Shown: in pieces, positions 24,865-36,065 of the stretch
Layout: every line of letters starts with the position of its first letter
How positions within the stretch are numbered: position 1 is the stretch's first letter
Assembly: GCF_000143415.4 (NCBI RefSeq)
Contig: NW_003314276.1
Span: 391,906 to 455,905, forward strand
Direction of reading: 5' to 3'
Origin: Selaginella moellendorffii
Taxonomy: Eukaryota > Plantae > Lycopodiophyta
Length of the DNA stretch: 64,000 bases
The notes under the pieces: model-generated
What the model saw: the letters and a program-made list of their open reading frames with translations, nothing else
Told to the model about the DNA's origin: nothing
Databases searched by the model: none
Position numbers and translations under genes: made by a program

Positions 24865-26009
24865 GTGTGTGTACATCCATTTATGGCAATATAAAGCCAC
24901 ACGCCATTCAAAGAATAATTCTTGTCGAGCATTTTTTAGTGCATTTTTGGGTTCAAAATTGCATGAGCCCACACGCTATAAAGTTTACCTGTACCAAAAA
25001 TAGAAACAGTTTTATTTACTTGGGAATTTAAGTGGTTGAGGCATTTTTAAACTTACAAACACATGCCCTACTTACATTCCTTTGGTTGCTTAAAATTCAA
25101 AAATATTATAAACCTTTCTTTTTGCATTTTCAATGTTTTCAATTATGGTTTTTGATTTTCGCAGGACCAGCCTAGTAATCTATTTGCATCCCGCCATGTT
25201 TATAGCTAGCTTTCGTTTGTCCCCTTCGCTAGCCTGAGATACATCTACTTGGCATCTGCCTCTTACAGCATTTGCCCAGAAAGGGCATCTTTCTTCATGC
25301 AGCATTTGCCACATGTTTAGGGTTTAGGGTTTAGCAATTCAGTAGCTTGATAAACATGCAAATACAGAACTTGATGCAAAATCCTTTGATATGTCACAAT
25401 GCCCCTAGGACCATAAACACATTTCAATAGAGAGGGTCCTTTCATTTCATAACTCCTTACGTAGATCTTGGTGAAACCAGAGTTAGTGAAGTTAGTTTCT
25501 TGTGATCCCGCATTTGATTGTGATGTCCCTTTGCAGTGTCGATGGAAAGGTAAATGCACACCAAACTGCAAAATCTTGGAGCAAAATAACGGTCGGATCT
25601 ATGGCAAATGCCCCTGAAACATTGTAAGGCTCGTGTGGTCTCATGTGGTGTCCGATCGAGATGCTTCTTTGCAAGGTCATCAAGAAAGACATTGTATACC
25701 ATTCTGTAAAATCTAGTTGCGATCTAACGGTTGGATCTCCAGAAAACTGAAAAAAAACACGCGCTTGTATGAATATTCTAGGAATATACTCCTATGTGCC
25801 CCTGAAAATGGCATGCGGCCCCACGCCATTCAAGAGATAACGCCAGATGACGCCGAGCATTTTTTGGTGCATTTTTTGGGATTTGTATACCATTCTTTAT
25901 TTAGCTGAACATCTGGCATTTTTGGAAATACAAGATGCTTTGGAATATCCAATCATGCATGGTATAAATATAGCAAGGGTATTAAATGATATCCCAATCA
26001 TGATCTTTC

Positions 26010-26360
26010 TTTTGGATTTCGCGTGCATGCAGTCCGAGGAATGATGACGTTGCGGATTTCTTTTGGATTTCACGTGCATGCATGCGTGCGGCAATCCAGA
26101 AATTAATGGTGGCGCCCAAGTCCGAGGAATGATGACGTGGCAGGATTACCAACCGTCGTGACATTTCCCGCGTGTGAGGTTAGATTTTGCATTTTGCTTC
26201 GTACTCGCGCTCGCACACTCGCGCTCGCATCGCGCTCCCACTCGCAATTACGTTCACATTCGCGCTCATCTACCTTCTCTACAGGTTTCTCGTGTGCATC
26301 GGCGTCCACTCGCGCTTGCATCACACTCACGCTCGCATCGCACTCGTGTGCATCGGCATC
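26010..26360. promoter_or_regulatory. Repeat-rich putative promoter region of the accessory gene
   Basis: Duplicated TTTTGGATTTC.CGTGCATGCA and AGTCCGAGGAATGATGACGT blocks, then CTCGCGCTCGCA-type repeats. CpG-rich. Confidence 0.4.
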
Positions 26361-26571
26361 CACTTCAAGACACACCCAGTTTGTAACTTCGCCGCCAACT
26401 CCGCCGCCCACTCTGCCACCCACACGCAGCCCACTTGGCGTCCCGAGAGATTTCAGCGCCACTCTCCAACTGTAAGTGGTAGAGTAGCCTTGCTGCTAAG
26501 ATCCGCTGCACACACAGTGCACATTCGCCAGCGAGTCCGGCCTTGATTGTCATGCCTCCATTCTGCTTCAA

Positions 26572-29500
26572 ATGGTAAGTCTTTTAGGCCAAGTAGAAAA
26601 TGGCATGAGGCCACATGCCATTCAGTAACAACATTGGCATGCACCGATTGGGCTCTCGAGTGCAGTCCGGTTACAGATGGCGTGTAGCCTCACGCCATCT
26701 TAGGATGCAGCCTCAAGACATCTGATGCAGTGGTGAATGGCGTGTGGCCTCATGTTATTTCCAGCTGCTAGCTTTTCATCTGTCAACTCTAATTGTTGTG
26801 CATTTCTGAACAGGCGAGGAATTGTGTTCTTCTTCCAGCCACTGTCAATGTGGATGCAGAGAAGGGGGAGGAGCTCACCAGTCAGACTTTCGGGATGGAA
26901 GGCGAGGATCTAACGCTGTACAACACAGATGGTGGGAGAAAAGAATGCATGGGGATCCTCATCCAAGTGACAAACACTCCATGCAGTTCCATGCAAGAAT
27001 ATGGACTGGCACTTGTGGTAGAGACAGCATCTGCCTTCAAGATCCACCTTGCACATCCTAGCGGCTTCCCGGAAGGGGGCAGCGGCTATGAGGAATTCCT
27101 AGAGGGAGCTAGGGAGAGGTTGTCCAGGAGGCCCACAATTTCAAAGATGCTACGGGTCTATGAAGATCACATGGAATCCACGGACCTCACCTACGGCGAT
27201 GTTCAAAAACTATATTCCAACATTGAGCCGTTGAGAGTGCCTCCAGTTCGCGAAGCGAAGGGGAAGGGGGTCGATCTGGAAACTACCCCGAAGCAGAAAA
27301 GGGTGGTCAAGCTCAAGCCGACGTCTGACTCTCCTGCTCCAAAAAAGAAGCTACTCGGTGATGCCATTGCCTTGGGTTGAACACTACACCCACCAAAAAG
27401 AAGAGTCGCAAAGAGCAGAAAGAGCAAGAAGAGGCAGCAAAAATCGTCGCAGATAATAGTACTTGTTACTATTCCAACAAAGTATATACAATCGACGTGA
27501 GCCGTATCGACATCCAAAGCAAATACAACCACAGGCTAGTATCTGATGAGTGGGTGGAGAAACTGAAGCAGAAGATGCTGGCAAGTCCAGTAACACCCGA
27601 CATCGCAGACGTGATCCCCTACTACCGAACAATGAAGGGCGAAACGAGGTTTCCAGACTTGATCAATAGGAAGGTGTTGGACGATCAGAACATCTGGTTC
27701 TATGCCATCTCCGAGCAGCATTCTAGCTTGGCAATGCAAGAGATAGTTGTGGATATTATGGTGGGCGAGGAGGTGAAGAAAGTCTTCAAGACAAGAGTTG
27801 TCCGCCTGATAACAGGCAACTCGCCCCTCTGATCTATCATATACATCTCCCACGTGCAGAATGTCAAGCAAGAAACGTGCTACAAATCGGGTCTGCACGA
27901 GACATTGGCACGAACACGGAAGCTCTGGGTTCAACTGAAGAAGCCACAAAAACCAGGACAAGAACGTGCACTAGCAACTAGTGCCTGGCAGGTAAGCCTC
28001 GTTGCATGTGGCATAGCATGTGGCCTCACGCCATTTCCATTGCAGGAATTCTCGAGTCTTCTCTCGAAAACACTGGGGGTCAATGACACACTCAGCATCC
28101 ATAACATTCTACTCGCGACAAAAGTTGTTTTTGACAAATGGGTAGATGTGCTGAGGAGGTACCATGACGGGGAGTTACTAAACTCAATGGGTGTGGAGGA
28201 CGGCCGGAAGCCCAATGATTTGAAGCTCAACGCCTTGCGTTTCTCGCGGTCTCTAGATGACGACGACCTTCTGACAGTGGCTAATGCTCTTCTACGTGGT
28301 GAGGTAGTCTTCAACAAGACCAAAATGACTCCCGGCCATATTGTGACATACGAGGACTTGTGCACGACTCTGAGAGCTCGTGCGCTATTGAAGGATTGGA
28401 TCTTCGAGCAAGTGGCCGTGGAGAGGGTGAGCATCGACACCACGCAAGAGATGATGGAAGCGCTGGATTTGTCAAATGAAGACATCGACGAGTACGTGAA
28501 GGGGGCCCCCAAGTTCATCGATCTGCTGCGGGATGCCACGAAAAGTAAAGCTAAGAAGTTGGATCAGTATCCAAATTTCATTAAGAGGGATGTCGACCGC
28601 CGGCTTCAGAAACAGCTCGACCCCGCAGCAGAGGCCTATCGAGAACCTTACCGGGTATACGTGAATTCGGATGAGGATCAAAGGTGGAGGAGCATCATTT
28701 CCCACGGAGATGAGCAGGTCAAGAACATCTTTTGTGTGATGGACTTCACAAACGAGGAGATCACTCATGCAGACGAAGTCAGCTCCATCATTGACTTAAT
28801 GGTGGGACTTGCGGAGGTGGAATCTTCAATCCACTATATGATCTACGACTCCGAATCCTATCACAAGTTCTGGAAGGCCTTAAATGAGGTGAAGGCTCGG
28901 TTGAAAGGCAAGGAGATGCGGGAGATCCATGGGATAATGGCTAAGAAGAAGATACCGACGAATGTCCGCATCTTCACACTCGCCCTTGTTATTGGTCCTG
29001 CAGTAGAGTGGGACTGGAGTGACTTCCCAGCTTCGTTCGACAAGGCCGATCGAATTGATCTGAGGGAGGTCAATTTACCCGTGCCTGAGGAACTAAAGAC
29101 GGCTATGGAACTTCGAATCCAAAGAAAGCTCCAGGTGCAGCATGGGAAATGCTCAGCTGGGTCTTCAACGCAATAGCGGGTGACTCCAAGGGCAAATGCG
29201 TTGTCGAGTACAACTGCAGTGGACTATTCTTTCGAGCCGCACTACTCAAGGGTGTCCCGTGTGTTGCGGTGACAAACTCCATTGAAGAGGTGACTTCAAT
29301 GGAGCATATAATTACAGTTGCCAAAGAAAAACAGTATCTTCTCTGCGAACCTGGTGAGTACGCACTTTAAGTTTAAATGTTATCTCATAAGCTCTGTATG
29401 CAGGAGCGTGGCCACCCCTAGATGCTGAAACGGTGTTAACAGCTACTGTTGAAGATACCCATGTTGGGTCGAGCTCACAACCTGCACAAGGTAAGGTCAC

Positions 29501-32158
29501 GTGAGGCCTCACGCCATTTTGATTATAGATCGTTGTGAATATTCAGATACGAGGATTGAAAAGCGCACTGGTGGCGCGTCGAAGAAGGACAAACAGACAA
29601 GCAATAGGAAAAAAGGAAGTAAAAATTATATTTGCAATGGCGTGTGGTCTCATGTCATTCCTTCCAGGAGACACTTCTTCAAAGGCAAAACAGGCAAGCA
29701 CCAGCCAAGCTCAAACTGACAGTGGTCATAAAAAGCGAAAGCACGTTGGACAGTCGTTGGGATCAGAGGCGTTTGATTCGAAAAGGAAGAAGGGCAACGA
29801 AAAGATGATAGGTAATGCCTCGCGGTTATGGCGTGTGTGCTCATGCCATTCATTGCAGATCAAGGGCTGAGTGAAAGCAGCCAGTCACCACCTCCTGACT
29901 CAGATTCCTATGGCGGACTCCCCTTCCCCAATCTCAATGGAGAGGTACAATGGATGAGGGATGCTTTTCAAGTCAGGGCCACGTTTTTCTCATCTCGTCA
30001 TCTTCGAAGGGTGCAAGAACGTGCAGAAACTATGTTAAGACAGGTGAGGATACGGTCCTAGGTCACGCACTAAAACAGGCTATGGATGTCTTGTATTTTG
30101 AGATGGAGACTCGGCCAGATGATTTTCCCAAGATGGTCCTGGAAGAACAAGCCATCCAACCTGAGCAGCCAATGGAAGAAATGCAGGAGGGGGATGAGGA
30201 GCCAAAGAAAGATAATGAGCAGGAAGAGCAAAAGGACGAAGAGGAGGACAAAGAAGAGGAGGACGAAGAGGACTTGGATGGTCCTCACAATGGTGACGAT
30301 CACAATAACGACGACGACGATGATGACAACGATGGCCAGCCTGAGGTGGCCAAAGAGCAGCGGAGGAAGGTCATACAAGACAAACCATCAGGTAAATAAT
30401 AGTACATCCATTCCTAACCTTTTACCATTTCTAACATTGTCCAAGTAGGTCGCAGAGCAAATGGTAAGTAGAGATTATTTAGTTGAATTTACAAACTCTA
30501 GCCTTTAATGTCGAGGAAGGATAGTGCCAAGCAAGGGTCGAAACGTATGTCCAATCCTTCAGAATCAGCAGTGTGCCCAAGTGATATCGGTCCTAGTTCC
30601 TCAATAGCAGTTGATGGTAAATACAGTATAGTCGATTCAATGTGCTAATGAGTTTGTTTTTAGTAGCACAGGAGGATACCATCTCAATCGAAGGGAGATA
30701 TTTGGACATGCATATGGATCCGCCAGTGGACTCTACTTGCCTGCAAGAGTCATCAGAGCTGGTGGAGGCTACTATCCATATCAACGCCAAGCAAGCTGAC
30801 CACGCTCCACTTGATGCTGCCCATACCACTGAGTCAATCTTGTCTATGTATCCAACTGACGGTGACCAGGCGCCATTGGACCCGCATGAGGCCGCCCCAG
30901 CTGCCGAGCCGGTCGTATCCTCATTTCCAACGGACTCAACGTGTGCCCAATCATCTGACTACGTGCCATTGGAACCTCCCTACACCACCCCTGCTGCCTG
31001 TTCGGTCATGTCCACTTTTCCAACGGAGGCACCAGCTGAAATGGCATGTCATCACACGCCATCGAAACCACCCCATGCCACTGTTGTGCCAGTTGTACCA
31101 GAGTCTACAGCTGAAATGGCATGTGCCCACACGCCATCGGATGCGATTGACCCCACATTGCAGAGGAGAGTATTTCCGCCCTTCACGTTTCCTCGACCAA
31201 AACCCTCTCAACGACCATCGGGAGCACCATTCGCTAATATTGTAGATGGTAAAATTGACTTGTACCATTTTTTATGCTGACGCATTTCATTTCAGAGTCA
31301 CGGAGAAGGTACTGTATCGTTTTTTATCTGAACAGTGTCCTTTTCTCCCATGAGCGTGGCTCGTCCTCGAATGTCACTGCACCCTCCAAAGCCTGCAGTC
31401 GCAAGTTGGTCAAAAGAGACAAATTCACATTAATCACACGGGAGAAACTGCGGGATCTAATAATGACCATGCGACAGTTAAAACAGAGGGCCGGGTTCAA
31501 TTTGCAATTGGGAGTTTGGACATCCATGATGCGCCAGAATGCATTAACGTTGCTACAGATGATGCACGATCAGACGCGAGTAATATTACCATTTGACTTT
31601 CTCCTAACGCAGGAGGATTGCTTGACTATGGTCCATGTGAGGGGTAGCAAGCCCATCTTCGTCAAGCCAGAGGCTGTAGTGATGAACCGGACTGCTAGGT
31701 CAAGTGAAATCCTCATCATCGATGACTCGCCGATTAAAACTACAGCGAACACGCACACATATGTAGTGCACCCCATCTCTTGCAGTATGGAAACTAGGGA
31801 GAAGAAACCGTATGTTCTGGGGGACCTTGCAAAACGGCTTGGAGCGATAGTGATAGAGAACCGGCCAGTCCAGGAGGTGGCTGCAGAAATCAACCAAATG
31901 GCAGATGGAACGGTATATCAGAAGCCATTTGATTGGACAGACACCAGTCATCATTTATGGCATGTATATTGTCTAGCCAAGCACTATCTGCATCTCCATA
32001 ATCTGCTCAACCGGATGGGTTCTTCGACCACTGAACATGAGCGTGGACGTATTAGAGAAGAGATGGCATTACTATTGGGTTTAAATCCTGATAGTGTGGA
32101 GAGTGATGAAATTCCAAGATTATTGTATAGGCGTTGGAGGCAAAAAATAACAGTCTGA
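26572..32158 (+). pseudogene. Large multi-exon transposon accessory gene: ParB-like region, putative degenerate N4/N6-methyltransferase fold, acidic linker, FCP1/NIF HAD-like domain
   Basis: ATG at 26572, then intron 26575-26813. Further GT-AG introns at 27992-28045, 29354-29403, 29491-29546, 29619-29667, 29812-29858, about 30392-30448 and about 31249-31295. Joins ORFs 26793, 27377, 27854, 29149, 29950, 30642 and 31274. Lesions: frameshifts near 27378 and 29140, TGA at 27830. Confidence 0.7.
31296..32158 (+). CDS. Last exon: FCP1/NIF (CTD-phosphatase-like HAD) domain, catalytic DxDxT motif degenerate
   Basis: IVFYLNSVL...LGVWTSMMRQN...LTQEDC...KPIFVK...ILIIDDSPIK...N...HP follows the motif order of plant FCP1-homology proteins (LVLDLNGLL...VGVWSS...DQSHC...KP.FLK...LLLDDSPYK). 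Confidence 0.7.
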
Positions 32159-35111
32159 GATGGCATGTATTTATTTAAAAATATAACTTATTATGGCATG
32201 GGGTTCCATGCCATTGTATTAATATTAAAAGACAATTCTTTGAGAGGATTTGCATTATACTAAAAGTGTTACAGCATGTTATTGGAAGTCTACGAAGTTG
32301 TTTTATTAATAAGGGGAAAGTAAAGATTGAATGGGGACTTGGGCTCCACCTAGACTCGGAGCAACTGAGCCAATATTAAAAGGATGGAAAGAAATTGGAC
32401 GACGATGACAAGGAGAAGAGAGAGGTGAAGCAGTGGCAGGGGGAGGAGAAGTGATTGAGTAGACATTTCCTTGTTTAAAATAAAATGGCATGTGCCTCAA
32501 TGCAGTTGAATTTTGTTATATTTATATACTATATAAAGGTTTGGAAACATTATTTTACAAGTGGGATAATGACAATTCCCACTTTAACGAAATAGAGCTT
32601 TCTAGGTGAGCTGGAGGAGTATGGGCTAAATTTTCTCCAGTCCACCTATGCATCTGATAGTGACACACCCTCGCCCAATTAGTTTAGTGAGATGAGGCAA
32701 TCATAATAGTAGTAGATGCCACAGCAGCACTACAAGGTCAAGGCTAGTTGTGCCTTTGCTCATAAGGCTACGAGTCAGCTGAGCAAGCTTACAATCCGAA
32801 GCTTTATAGAGAAATAGGCAAGCAGCCAATTGACAAGCCGATACAGCTAGTAGAAGATAAAGAAACAACAAAATACTGTGTGCAAGTCTTGAGTTACCTC
32901 AAGACAATCACCAAGAAAGTGGATGGAGTCATAGGCAAGTAAAATCATTAGTGCCACATAATTTGAGAACTCTAAAGCACAGTCCTAGCTTCCATGTCCA
33001 TCAATATAGAGCACATCAATTGCGAGGACTAGTGCATTGCAATACTTGATCAGGAAAATTAGATTATACATTAGGAACTCAACAATCTACACTAAAGCAG
33101 TTAGCTTGTCACTATGAAGACCAAGCTTAGCAATTTGGAGCAAGATTTGGAGATTCCGACTACCTGAGGTCAGATAATAGCTTTGTCATGGGGGAGTGAT
33201 GAAGAGGTAAATATTTTATCTTGTGTATCATCCTATGTAGAGAAAAAAAAGAAAGCTTAGGTGAAATAGATTTACACTTAAGCTTAGGCATCCAAAGAAG
33301 AAAGAATTGACCTAGGTAATAGTCGTCATAAACAAGCGTGAAATAGTTAGAAATGCTTATTAATCATATAGTGTATAAGTAGCATTTAAACATATTGGAA
33401 AACAACCCCCACTCACTATTCTATACATTTGCATTAAAATTACTATCTTCTCTCCTGCATATAACTATTTGTGCAAAGTAGAGTTGAGAGAATAATATAT
33501 GTTTATCCTTACTCATGCCTTTAGGGTTTGAAATTAAGTTTTCTTCTATTCTTCTTCTCTTCTTCATGTTCTTGTCTATATTTGTTTGTCACTATTTTGC
33601 AGACAAGGGTAAAAATGCAAGTACTGACCGGAAAAGCCTTACCCAATTCTATTATTAAAGTTTATAATTTAAAGCTTAATCTATAATCTCATTTTTTCAT
33701 AATTGTAATTATTTTAGCAAAAAATAGCTCTATACACCTTCATTTAGCTATAATCTAATAATAAAAGTTGAATATTGTTTTTATCAGTATTTTTAATCTG
33801 ATCTGTATTATTTAAAAATATTTTCAAAATTAATTACAACTAAAAATACAAATTTTTAATATATAAGCTTACTTAAAGGCTCTATATGATAGCTAACATT
33901 TTGATTTTAAATCTCAATATGATTGAATAAAAATAATTATTACTTCATGATTTATTTAACTCTATATTTTATTCTCTTAATAAAGTAAGTGCTACTAAAG
34001 TATATGAAAATATGATAATATTTAAAAACTATGGATTTAAGACTCACTTCAACTACATATGCATATAAACTTTGTCATGCAATTTAGTTGATCGTCCTTT
34101 TAGACAGATTTGGAATTATATAGTACTAAGTGAAAAGTGTAAAGAGTGTAATTATTTTATTTTAAAAAATTTCATTATTTCTGTATAGAATATTCTAAGG
34201 ATATTCTATAGCCTGTGGGATTTAAGGCCGTAATGCCTTAAGGGTTGGGAGGTTAGCCTAGGGTTCGCTCTCTTGTTAGTTTCAATAGTATCGGAGCAGC
34301 ACATTCTTTTGGGGATGGCGAGTGAGCAAGATATTGATCTTGATGAGGAGTATGGCATTAGTGATGATGGCCATGACAATGAAGAAGAGACTCTTGATGA
34401 TATTGTGCACCAGATTTCTATGGTTTAGAGCGACATAAAGGAGGTTAAGGATTTCATCAATCTCATTAAGGATTTCTCGCTTCGCATGAACCCTTAAGGG
34501 TTGAATCAATCTCATGTCCATGATCACTATTGGTACGTCAAACATGCCAAGGATTATGGTATCGTGGAATGGAAGTCATCACCGGATGTTTGTGATAGTC
34601 AAGAGGTTGATTCTTGGTTGGAATTGTGGGAAAGTTGTTGGTCTTACAATCCTTGTAAGGATAATGTGAAGATTGATTTTTTTGTGACAAAGTTTATGGG
34701 TCATACTTTTTCGTGGTGGAAGAATTATATCAAAGCTAATCCAAAGCCAACTTCTTAGACTGATTTGACGAAGGTTTCCCGCGCATCGTTTGTCAAGAAG
34801 TTTGAAGAGGTTGATCTTGTGAACTAGCTGTTAAAGATCTGGCAAGGTGTAAGCAACTAAATTTTCCATTCTACTTTAGTCACTTAACCACATCTCCAAC
34901 CACTTGGAGGAGTCTCACTCACAACCTCCATAAGTCCTAATCCAGACTAGATTGTTGGATTGCTAGCTCTGAGAATGGGGCTAGCTAGCTCTGAGAATGG
35001 CATCTCTACCACTCAACCTTTGCACTTGGTCCAAATGCTCCACGTGTCTGATCCCATGACCGACACCTAAAGGTACCATCAACATATTGGCTCATTACAC
35101 TAAGGCCATGT

Positions 35112-35505
35112 TGTTAGGATCCTATCCCTTACACCCTAAGCCAACTGGCTAAAGGGGTGATCACTTGATTGCAGGGCCCTTTCCTTATCCTATTATCCTG
35201 ACCTGGTGCCTAACAATCCTCCCCCTCGTCAGGGAATGATCGTCCGCGATCATACTTAGGCCAACATCCGGTCACCATGGTCCTTCTCTTAGGGTCTACC
35301 AAACCTTAGTTCTCCCTCTAGATCCACTATGTTGAATATTCCTTCAGAATATTCCTGCCCCACTCGTCAGCCACGAGAATCGAACTGGGCTCCGATACCA
35401 TTGTTAGGATCCTATCCCTTACACCCTAAGCCAACTGGCTAAAGGGGTGATCACTTGATTGCAGGGCCCTTTCCTTATCCTATTATCCTGATCTGGTGCC
35501 TAACA
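35112..35505 (-). mobile_element. TRIM (terminal-repeat retrotransposon in miniature), 394 bp
   Basis: 104-bp LTRs at 35112-35215 and 35402-35505 with one mismatch. TSD CATGT. iMet PBS ends at 35400, PPT at 35216-35226. 186-bp non-coding interior. Confidence 0.95.
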
Positions 35506-36065
35506 CATGTCCATTCATCTTTGCCACACTAGTGGTCCAACACCACTTGCACCACAATCCCACCTTTTACAGACTGGGCTATCCATCCACGAGTGGTCAT
35601 CCCAGATCCACTCCTTAGCATCCTTAAGATGCCCATAGTCATGAAGAACAACCTTCCCCAATGTCCCTTTTCCAATCCCCACCAAGTCCCTTTCTGTCCA
35701 TGGCTGTATTCGCCGACACTGCCATTTGGTCAAGGCTCACATGCCCGACCATTAAATCCCACTGTCCTTTGGGACTTCCACACCATGTGACCATAGCCAT
35801 GGTTACTACACTAGAGGATTGCCCCTCTTCTTTTCCATAGTTTGGGACTTTGGGACAACACTTTGGAACACTGTGGCCCTACACGAGGCTCATGGGTGCT
35901 CTCCCCACCTTTTGCCTTTTGGTGCTCTAGCCGTGGGCTTAGAGCAAGGTTCCATTGAGCCACACCAGGTATCCAAGTAGGTAGTGCCACCCACACTTGG
36001 ACTGGGAGCATCGACCATTCGATTTCCCAGGGGAACTAGAGCTATCTCTTGAATACTTCACTAAC

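Larger units (their letters stand above)
16681..32506. repeat. Dispersed 22-bp palindrome, consensus ATGGCRTG-WGGCCW-CAYGCCAT (about 19 copies)
   Basis: Copies start at 16681, 16738, 18534, 18604, 18702, 24883 (degenerate), 24958, 25808, 26600, 26677, 26737, 28013, 29496, 29637, 29828, 31041, 31116, 32193 and 32485 (degenerate). Confidence 0.9.
16205..32510. mobile_element. Large DNA transposon-like element with two divergent genes and dispersed palindromes (ends not resolved)
   Basis: DDE transposase on minus, large accessory gene on plus. About 19 copies of one 22-bp palindrome, seen only in this interval and absent from the nested Gypsy. No TIR or TSD identified; the left end is cut at a poly-T tract. 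Confidence 0.65.

Noticed and set aside
25315-25333. Interstitial telomere or chromosome fusion scar
   Set aside because: There are fewer than three TTTAGGG units; at most a telo-box.
16681-32506. Palindromic repeats as a CRISPR array or MITE family
   Set aside because: Spacing is irregular, there are no uniform spacers or cas genes, the context is eukaryotic, and the 22-bp units lack TSDs.
32600-33250. Coding-like remnant, possibly continuing 15690-16180 as an accessory ORF of an older retroelement
   Set aside because: Too many stops and no recognisable motif to support a call.
35112-35215. Cassandra-type 5S rRNA in the TRIM LTR
   Set aside because: No 5S rRNA-like sequence or A/C boxes are recognisable.
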